From an uncultured beta proteobacterium (GTDB taxonomy: Bacteria; Pseudomonadota; Gammaproteobacteria; Burkholderiales; SG8-39), in assembly GCA_963716855.1 (NCBI GenBank), contig CAVQUV010000011.1, positions 64,378-128,377 of the forward strand: a stretch of 64,000 nucleotides of DNA, read 5' to 3'. Position numbers and translations under genes: made by a program. The notes beneath the pieces were generated by a model that was not told the origin of the DNA, made no database searches, and worked only from the letters and a program-made list of their open reading frames with translations. Positions 58,275-64,000 of this stretch are shown here, piece by piece. The stretch's first letter is position 1. The number at the start of each line of letters is the position of its first letter.

Positions 58275-59543
58275 ATGAGCTTCGCGACGCTCGGCCTGAA
58301 TTCGTCTCTGCTCGAAACCCTCGCCGCCCTCGGCTACAGCACGCCCACGCCGGTGCAACGCGCCGCGATTCCCGCGGCGCTCGCCGGCACCGATCTGCTG
58401 GTCTCGTCGCAGACCGGTAGCGGCAAGACCGCCGCCTTCCTGCTGCCCGCCCTGCAGCGCCTCGCTCCGGGCTCGCCCACGGGGCGCGGCACCGGCCCCC
58501 GCATCCTGGTGCTGGCGCCGACGCGCGAGCTCGCGCTGCAGGTGGACAAGGCCGCGCACACGTACGGCGACGGCCAGCGCCTGCGCACCGCGTGCCTGGT
58601 CGGCGGCATGCCCTACGGATTGCAGCTGAAGCAGCTCGGCAAGCCGGTGGACATCGTGATCGCCACACCCGGCCGGCTGAAGGACCATCTCGACCGCGGC
58701 CGCGTCGACCTCGCGCGCGTCGAAGTGCTCGTGCTCGACGAAGCCGACCGCATGCTCGACATGGGGTTCGTCGAGGATATCGAGGCGATCGTCGCCCGCG
58801 TCCCCGCCGCGCGCCAGACGCTGCTCTTCTCGGCGACGCTCGACGGCGTGGTCGGCCGGCTGGCGCAGCGCGTGACGCGCGCCGCGCAGCGGATCGACAT
58901 CGCGGCGAGCGCCGTGCACGACGCGAAGATCGACCAGCGCGCGCTGTTCGCCGACGACCTGCCGCACAAGACGCGCCTGCTCGACGCCCTCCTCCGCGAC
59001 ACCGGCATCCGCCAGGCGCTCGTGTTCACCGCGACCAAGCAGTCGGCGGAAGACCTCTCCGGCGCGCTGCGCGAGCAGGGCTTCTCGGCCGGCGCCCTGC
59101 ACGGCGACATGCGCCAGCGCGAGCGCAACTTCACGCTCCAGCAACTGCGCGACGGCCGCATGCGCGTGCTCGTCGCCACCGACGTGGCCGCACGCGGGCT
59201 CGACGTTCCCGGCATCAGCCACGTCATCAACTTCGACGCGCCGCGCCAGGCCGAGGACTACGTCCACCGCATCGGCCGTACCGGCCGTGCGGGCCGCGCG
59301 GGCGTTGCCGTCACGCTGCTCGCGCACCGCGAGAAGCACCTCGTGCACAGCATCGAGCGCTATACCGGCAACGCGCTGCGCGTTGCGGTCATCCCGGGCC
59401 TGGAGCCCGCGGCACGTACCGAGCGCACCTCGCGTCCGCGCAACGAAAGCGGCCGGCGCAATAGCGGCGGCGGCTGGAAAGTGTCGCCGGAGTGGAAGAG
59501 CAGCGCGCGGCCGGCGAACCATCGGCGGCGCGCCGGGAACTGA
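58275..59543 (+). CDS. rhlE: DEAD-box ATP-dependent RNA helicase (RhlE-like)
   Basis: Q-motif region, SQTGSGKT, VLDEADRM, SAT and HRIGRTGRAG, with a basic C-terminal tail. Confidence 0.9.
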   Translation: MSFATLGLNSSLLETLAALGYSTPTPVQRAAIPAALAGTDLLVSSQTGSGKTAAFLLPALQRLAPGSPTGRGTGPRILVLAPTRELALQVDKAAHTYGDGQRLRTACLVGGMPYGLQLKQLGKPVDIVIATPGRLKDHLDRGRVDLARVEVLVLDEADRMLDMGFVEDIEAIVARVPAARQTLLFSATLDGVVGRLAQRVTRAAQRIDIAASAVHDAKIDQRALFADDLPHKTRLLDALLRDTGIRQALVFTATKQSAEDLSGALREQGFSAGALHGDMRQRERNFTLQQLRDGRMRVLVATDVAARGLDVPGISHVINFDAPRQAEDYVHRIGRTGRAGRAGVAVTLLAHREKHLVHSIERYTGNALRVAVIPGLEPAARTERTSRPRNESGRRNSGGGWKVSPEWKSSARPANHRRRAGN

Positions 59544-59636
59544 GCCGGCACCGCGCTCGATCCGGCGTCCCGGCTCGCGGACGCCCGGCACGGCCCGCAG
59601 CCCGCCGAAACTGCCTCAGTTCGCGCGGGCCGCCCG

Positions 59637-59771
59637 TCAGCCCTTCTTGCCGGGGAAGGAACCGATCGGCTTGCCCTGCGTTGGCATGAACGGCGCTGCC
59701 GGACCGGCAGGCTTCTTCGGCTGCTTGGGCTTCTTGGCTTCACGATTGCTGCGTTGCTGACCTTTCGGCAT
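59637..59771 (-). CDS. small basic protein (44 aa)
   Basis: AGGAGA SD. MPKGQQRSNREAKKPKQPKKPAGPAAPFMPTQGKPIGSFPGKKG. Below the ORF-track cutoff. Confidence 0.6.
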   Translation of the reverse strand: MPKGQQRSNREAKKPKQPKKPAGPAAPFMPTQGKPIGSFPGKKG

Positions 59772-60090
59772 TCGGGATCTCCTGAAAAGGGATGCATCCT
59801 GGGATTACGGTTCGATTATCCGCGTTTGTGACCGGACCGCGGGACGCGCGCCCGGGGCGGTTCGTTCCGATTCGGGATGGAGCCCCCGCGGTCGACGCGC
59901 GCTCGCTCCCGGAATTGTTCGATCTCCTCTTGCATACCGCGCCGACGGCCCCATCTTGCTCTGGTCGAATTCGCTTTGGGTCGGCCCGCAGTATCCCCTC
60001 CAGGGTGCCACTTCCGGACTATTCCCTCGGTGATTTGATGCCCCGCGCACTCTGGCGCGGGTCAACGTCACACCTCTACTGGAGGGTTTC

Positions 60091-60297
60091 ATGTCTACAG
60101 GCATCGTCAAGTTTTTCAACACAGCGAAGGGTTTCGGCTTCATTCGTCCCGACGACGGCTCGAAGGATGTCTTCGTGCACGTATCGGCCGTCGAGCGCGC
60201 CGGCATCGGCACTCTCAACGAAGGGCAGAAGCTCTCCTACGAGCTCGAGCAGGGCAAGGACGGCAAGTCGTCCGCCGGCGAGCTGAAAGCGCTCTAA
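60091..60297 (+). CDS. cspA: cold-shock protein (CspA family)
   Basis: [34 protein letters not shown] with RNP1/RNP2 motifs. Preceded by a roughly 300-nt gene-free region that could contain a long leader. Confidence 0.9.
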   Translation: MSTGIVKFFNTAKGFGFIRPDDGSKDVFVHVSAVERAGIGTLNEGQKLSYELEQGKDGKSSAGELKAL

Positions 60298-60306
60298 GAC
60301 GCTGTC

Positions 60307-60337
60307 GCGGGGGCGGCACTCGCCGTCCCCGCGTTTC
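60307..60337 (+). terminator. hairpin terminator candidate downstream of cspA
   Basis: GCGGGGGCGGC-ACTC-GCCGTCCCCGC (11 bp including one G.U), followed by GTTTCG (weak U tract). Confidence 0.5.
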
Positions 60338-60563
60338 GCCGCAGCGAGCATTTTCCGGCCTTCACTACAGTCTCGACCGGCTTCACGGTCCGACGCGCCG
60401 GTTCGTTCGCGGACCCGTCGCGCGGATCCCCGCACTGCCCCTCCCTCGGCTACGTCGCCTCCCTCCGAGCGCTCGTCATCCGTGACGCGGCCAACGGCCG
60501 GACGCGAAGGGCTTTATTCTTGTAACGTTCGTCAAATGCAGAGCCCATCGTAAAGGATCCCGT

Positions 60564-60719
60564 ATGGCCAAACCGAACTACGCGTTCGCCAAGCGACAGA
60601 GAGATCTCGCCAAGAAGCAGAAGAAGGAGGAGAAACGGCAGCGGAAAGCCGGCGCCCAGCCCGAGCGGACCGCGGAGACCCCGCCTCAAACGCCCGGCGA
60701 GGAAGCGACCAAGTCCTGA
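60564..60719 (+). CDS. small basic protein (51 aa)
   Basis: AAGGA SD. MAKPNYAFAKRQRDLAKKQKKEEKRQRKAGAQPERTAETPPQTPGEEATKS. Below the ORF-track cutoff. Confidence 0.6.
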   Translation: MAKPNYAFAKRQRDLAKKQKKEEKRQRKAGAQPERTAETPPQTPGEEATKS

Positions 60720-60904
60720 CCCGGGCGGAGTCCGACTCCGCGCCATCCGGCCTTAGATCACGAACGCTCTGGAATGCCGGAGGCAGCCGACGAACAGGGC
60801 GCTGCCATGAGCGTATAGTCATTCGTCTGTAGAGGCGCTAGCACTTCCCACCTCCTCGCCCCCGATTGGCGACCCCGGGCCATTTTCCCGTTGCGGGGCT
60901 CGCA

Positions 60905-61207
60905 ATGCGCGTGGTCGAAAGAATCTCCGGCACCGCCGGACGCTACGTGCTCACCGGCACGGTTTCGCTCGACGAACGCGGCCAGTACGTCGCCCGCGCC
61001 ACGACCTGCATTCTCACGCTCAGTCCGCGCCGGCGCGCGTCCCAGTCGGTCGCGACGGCGAACGCAAGCGGCCCCGATCTCGAGGCGACCGGCGCTTCGG
61101 CGCCGGAAGCGAGGACGCGACTGTGCGTCGCGGCCCGCGAACAGCTCGACGCCGCCGTCACGAGCTTCGTGTGGCGCCCGGTCCTGGTCCTGGTGGCCAC
61201 CCATTGA
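60905..61207 (+). CDS. orphan 100-aa protein, paralogue of 21886..22188
   Basis: MRVVERISGTAGRYVLTGTVSLDERGQYVA...GASAPEARTRLC..AAVTSFVWRPVL. The leader is conserved from TATAGT (60814-60819). Confidence 0.6.
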   Translation: MRVVERISGTAGRYVLTGTVSLDERGQYVARATTCILTLSPRRRASQSVATANASGPDLEATGASAPEARTRLCVAAREQLDAAVTSFVWRPVLVLVATH

Positions 61208-61312
61208 TGTCGGGAGCGTGAGGGCGCCCGAGAAGCGACAGGGCGGCAGTGCGCCGCCGCGGAACCCGCTGCCCCGTTCGGGGCCGGGAACAGTGAATAG
61301 AGGGAAATAACA

Positions 61313-61573
61313 ATGGCAATCGGAACCTGGTTCATCGCCGGCCTGATCGTAGGTTTTCTGGCGAACAAGCTGATCGTGCGGACCGGCGAAGGCCTCATGC
61401 GGGACTTCGGCCTCGGCGTCGCGGGTGCCGCCCTCGCCGGCGCGCTCTTCGGCGCCGTCAGCACGCCCGACGCGAGCGTGATCAACGTGTTCGGCCTCGT
61501 CGTGACGCTGGCCGGCGCGAGCGCGGCGCTGGTCGTGTACCACACGATGTACCCCCACGTACGCGCGGGTTAG
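61313..61573 (+). CDS. GlsB/YeaQ/YmgE-family stress membrane protein
   Basis: MAIGTWFIAGLIVGFLANKLIVRTGEGLMRDFGLGVAGAALAGALF.., 86 aa. Confidence 0.85.
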   Translation: MAIGTWFIAGLIVGFLANKLIVRTGEGLMRDFGLGVAGAALAGALFGAVSTPDASVINVFGLVVTLAGASAALVVYHTMYPHVRAG

Positions 61574-61618
61574 ACGGTACGCGCGAGACGATCACCCTCG
61601 CGCCCCGACGCGGAATAG

Positions 61619-62329
61619 CTAGAGCTCGATCGGCTCGATCAGCTTCGGCGTGTCGGCCACCCGGCCGTTGATGACCGTGCTCACCGGGACGTAGACGAAC
61701 GACGACTGCGCGCGCTCGTCGATGAGCGCGGCAACCCGGACGGGATCCGCGAGCTCGCCGCTGAGCCACTCGGCGTGCGCGTCGTCCGACAGGATGACGG
61801 GCATCCGATCGTGGATCTCGGCCACCGGTCCGGCCGCCGCTCGGGTCAGGATCGCGCAGCTCAACCCGCTCGCGCTCGCGTCCGGGGCCTGCCAGAAGGA
61901 CATCAGTCCGGCAAAGCAGAACGGGGCGCCGTCGGGACGGCGCATGAAGTACGGCTGCCTGTAGCGCTTCACCTCGCCCGTCCCGCGATCGAGCCGCTCC
62001 ATCTCGCGCCATTCGTACCAGCCGTCCGCCGGCATCAGGCAACGCGCCTGCCGATAGGCGTGCCGCCACATCGGTTTCGCGGCCGCCTCCTCGGAGCGCG
62101 CGTTGATCGTCGACTGCGGCGGTCTTGCGTTCTTCCACCAGTGCGGGACGAAGCCCCAGCGCGCCGTCTTGAGCACGAGCGCGCTCGACTCGGGGTCGAT
62201 GCGGATCAGCGGGACGTTCGTGGTCGGGAGCACGTTGTAGCGCCGCCCGAACGGATTGCTGTTGTCCCGGCCGACGTGCCACGCGCGCTCGATCGCGGCG
62301 GCGTCGGGATGAACGTAGCGTCCACACAT
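61619..62329 (-). CDS. SOS response-associated peptidase (SRAP/YedK family)
   Basis: Starts MCGRY (Cys2 nucleophile). ..RWGFVPHWW..INARSEE..ADGWYEW... 236 aa. The listed ORF extends artificially upstream. Confidence 0.85.
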   Translation of the reverse strand: MCGRYVHPDAAAIERAWHVGRDNSNPFGRRYNVLPTTNVPLIRIDPESSALVLKTARWGFVPHWWKNARPPQSTINARSEEAAAKPMWRHAYRQARCLMPADGWYEWREMERLDRGTGEVKRYRQPYFMRRPDGAPFCFAGLMSFWQAPDASASGLSCAILTRAAAGPVAEIHDRMPVILSDDAHAEWLSGELADPVRVAALIDERAQSSFVYVPVSTVINGRVADTPKLIEPIEL

Positions 62330-62692
62330 CTGCTGATTTCCCTCGCTATCGCCCGTCCCACGGCGGCACCGGCTTCGGATCTTTCCACAACCCGGCCCGT
62401 CGCGTCCGCGGGCTCGCGAGTGTGCGCACGAGCCACGCGCCTCACCGTGCTCGCGCAGCCGCCGACGCTCGGCATTACGCCATCCGGATGACCTGCGAGG
62501 CAGCGATCGCGTGACGTTTGTGGCGCTTGCGCCCGCTCCCGGTGAATAGGTCACCGGACCGCGGCCAATAGCACCCAGACGCAGGGCCGGTGCGAGGGCA
62601 AAGTGGCATCCATCGAGATACGGAGCTTTTCCCGGCTCGATGGGCTCCGAAAAGCGCCCCTAACCCTCAACCACTTTGAAAGGAGTACCACC

Positions 62693-62881
62693 ATGAAACG
62701 CAATCTGATCGGCCTCGCCGCTGTCGCCCTCGCGCTTGTCGCCAACGCCGCCCTGGCGGACAACAACTACGTGTTCGACGACGCCTACTGGAAGCAGGCC
62801 CCGAGCGTCCAGGCCCTGCCGTCGATTCAGGCGACGGAGTCGCGCGGCAAGTACAGCCTCGTCGACGACTTCAACCCGTAA
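62693..62881 (+). CDS. small secreted protein (62 aa)
   Basis: AAAGGAG SD. MKRNLIGLAAVALALVANAALA signal peptide. Confidence 0.55.
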   Translation: MKRNLIGLAAVALALVANAALADNNYVFDDAYWKQAPSVQALPSIQATESRGKYSLVDDFNP

Positions 62882-62948
62882 CCGTGCAGGCAAGGGTGCC
62901 GGAGCGGACACGCTCCGGCCACCCCCGGCCTCTGCACAGGAGGCTCAG

Positions 62949-63116
62949 ATGGACACGCTGTCGATTCGCATCACCGCACTTGCAATTCCGACTGCCCTCG
63001 CCGTAGCGCTGCTCCTCATGCCGGTCCGCGCGCACGCGGGGGACGGCGCGACCGACTGCCACGAGATCCCGAAATTCGTGCTTGATCGCATGGAGATCGT
63101 GACCGGCGTGGATTGA
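62949..63116 (+). CDS. small secreted protein (55 aa)
   Basis: AGGAGG SD. MDTLSIRITALAIPTALAVALLLMPVRAHA signal peptide. Below the ORF-track cutoff. Confidence 0.45.
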   Translation: MDTLSIRITALAIPTALAVALLLMPVRAHAGDGATDCHEIPKFVLDRMEIVTGVD

Positions 63117-63177
63117 TGCGTCGGGCGACTTCCGAGGCGGGCGAGCAGCGCCCTCCCAACGCCGCCCAGGCCGGCAG

Positions 63178-63606
63178 CTATGCCGCTAGCGGCTGTGCTC
63201 TGCGTTCCCAAGGCAAGGCCGGCACGCGCACCGCATAGGCGCCATCGCCCAGCAGAACCTGCGTGATCAGCATCATCAACCATGCCAATACGAATTCCAG
63301 TCCTCCGTCGGTAAACCAGAATCCCTTTCGGATCGCCCAGTGGTAGACGAGCGCGATCATCACCGGCATCGCGAGGAGGCTTACATACCTCGTGTAGATG
63401 CCCAGCAGCAGCAGGATAGCTCCGGCGAACTCGACCACGAGCGTATAAGAAAGCACCCAGTCGGCGTATCCGGCCTTCTGCAATCCGCTCCACCACGAAT
63501 CAAAGCCGATGATGGCGAACTTTCTGTAGAGGTGAGCGAAGAACAGGAACGACAGACTCAGCCGGAGAAACAGTGCGGCATACGGCGCGGTGCGACGATC
63601 GATCAT
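63178..63606 (-). CDS. DoxX-family membrane protein
   Basis: GGAGG SD. MIDRRTAPYAALFLRLSLSFLFFAHLYRKF..VVEFAGAILLLLGIYTRYVSLLAMPVMI. Confidence 0.8.
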   Translation of the reverse strand: MIDRRTAPYAALFLRLSLSFLFFAHLYRKFAIIGFDSWWSGLQKAGYADWVLSYTLVVEFAGAILLLLGIYTRYVSLLAMPVMIALVYHWAIRKGFWFTDGGLEFVLAWLMMLITQVLLGDGAYAVRVPALPWERRAQPLAA

Positions 63607-64000
63607 TGGCTCCTCCCGGACCGGACGTAGGGACTGCACTATCAAGAGCGCTTGGCAAGCCCACCCGCGCAAGGTCGCGCTTGCTGACGCATACAACTCT
63701 GCGCGTGCCTCCCGCGGTTGGCAAGTCGCCGTCAAAGCCTCGCGCGCGCGAAGGCCGCAATGCGCTAGCCGTCGCGGCAGGATGAATACTCTGGGACCCA
63801 AGCTTCGCTGCACCCTTGTGCGCGTGGCGGGTTCCCCGATTCCGGCGCGATCCTCAACATTTCCCGATGAGCGTATGCTGAATGCACCCCGGCTGTAGAA
63901 AGCAATCGGGTGTTACCCTTGCGCCCAAGCGAACGCTTCCTTCCATTGGCGCAAGGCCAGTTGTGGCCGAATTGCTTCGAAAGCCCGCCCATGGAAAGCC

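Noticed and set aside
59800-59830. The tRNA-like T-loop sequence ggttcgattatcc upstream of cspA.
   Set aside because: There is no acceptor stem or anticodon arm, and there are no D-loop partners. The motif has two extra bases compared with GGTTCGAATCC. It is probably part of the csp leader or promoter region.
63183-63194. An extra copy of the core CGCTAGCG (gccgctagcggc), and a partial match at 63761-63774.
   Set aside because: The first lies inside the 3' end of the DoxX coding region and lacks the TGTG/CACA flanks. The second has a disrupted right half and no hexamer at the 21-nt distance. Neither was counted among the nine boxes.

Overview
GC-rich proteobacterial chromosomal segment. It is most likely Burkholderiales-type betaproteobacterial, judged from a Bug/TctC receptor, several Crp/Fnr paralogues and the gene content. 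No rRNA, tRNA, CRISPR array, intact IS element or prophage was seen.

Layout:
- 0-12.7 kb: accessory catabolism. TauD-like dioxygenase, haloacetate-dehalogenase-like hydrolase, a sugar-type ABC importer, a HisD-family dehydrogenase, a ThDP enzyme, RidA, FMN reductase, pirin and a lactonase.
- 12.9-17.7 kb: periplasmic redox trio. A cytochrome c/P460-like protein, a large mono-haem beta-sandwich protein that is heavily frameshifted, and a Tat multicopper oxidase.
- 17.7-22.2 kb: VIT1 transporter, a Crp/Fnr regulator, a DUF1328 peptide, a lipase-like hydrolase, a lower-GC DUF2141 gene and an orphan 100-aa gene.
- 22.3-30.9 kb: an approximately 2850-codon cyclic beta-1,2-glucan synthase (NdvB/Cgs type) with clustered frameshifts in its last third.
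- 31-47 kb: a dense stress island. Entericidin, glycine-zipper and lipoprotein genes, alternative oxidase, an AI-2E transporter, a ferritin-like protein, three DUF3309 copies, DUF3096, an lmo0937-family peptide, SOD, an M48 protease, a histone-like basic protein, two more Crp/Fnr regulators and YeaQ/GlsB proteins.
- 46.7-55 kb: an HTH-STAND-TPR regulator, methyltransferases, a truncated haemoglobin, a D-aminoacylase and a Bug receptor.
- 55-64 kb: a methyltransferase/protease pair, more small stress genes, RhlE, CspA, an SRAP peptidase and DoxX.

Main discovery-type observations:
1. A nine-copy 16-bp box, TGTGCGCT-AGCGCACA, lies at a fixed 21-nt distance from -10-like hexamers. It sits in front of the Crp/Fnr paralogues and the tiny stress genes, and looks like a candidate regulon.
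2. Two copies of an approximately 175-nt structured intergenic element.
3. A duplicated orphan gene with a conserved leader.
4. An iteron-like TTGTCCCGC array next to the STAND regulator.
5. A Crp-coupled proteasome-like (Thr1) gene fragment.

Many genes carry frameshifts. Two sharply bounded hot zones hold most of them. Several junctions fall in G/C homopolymer runs, so consensus error is the leading explanation.
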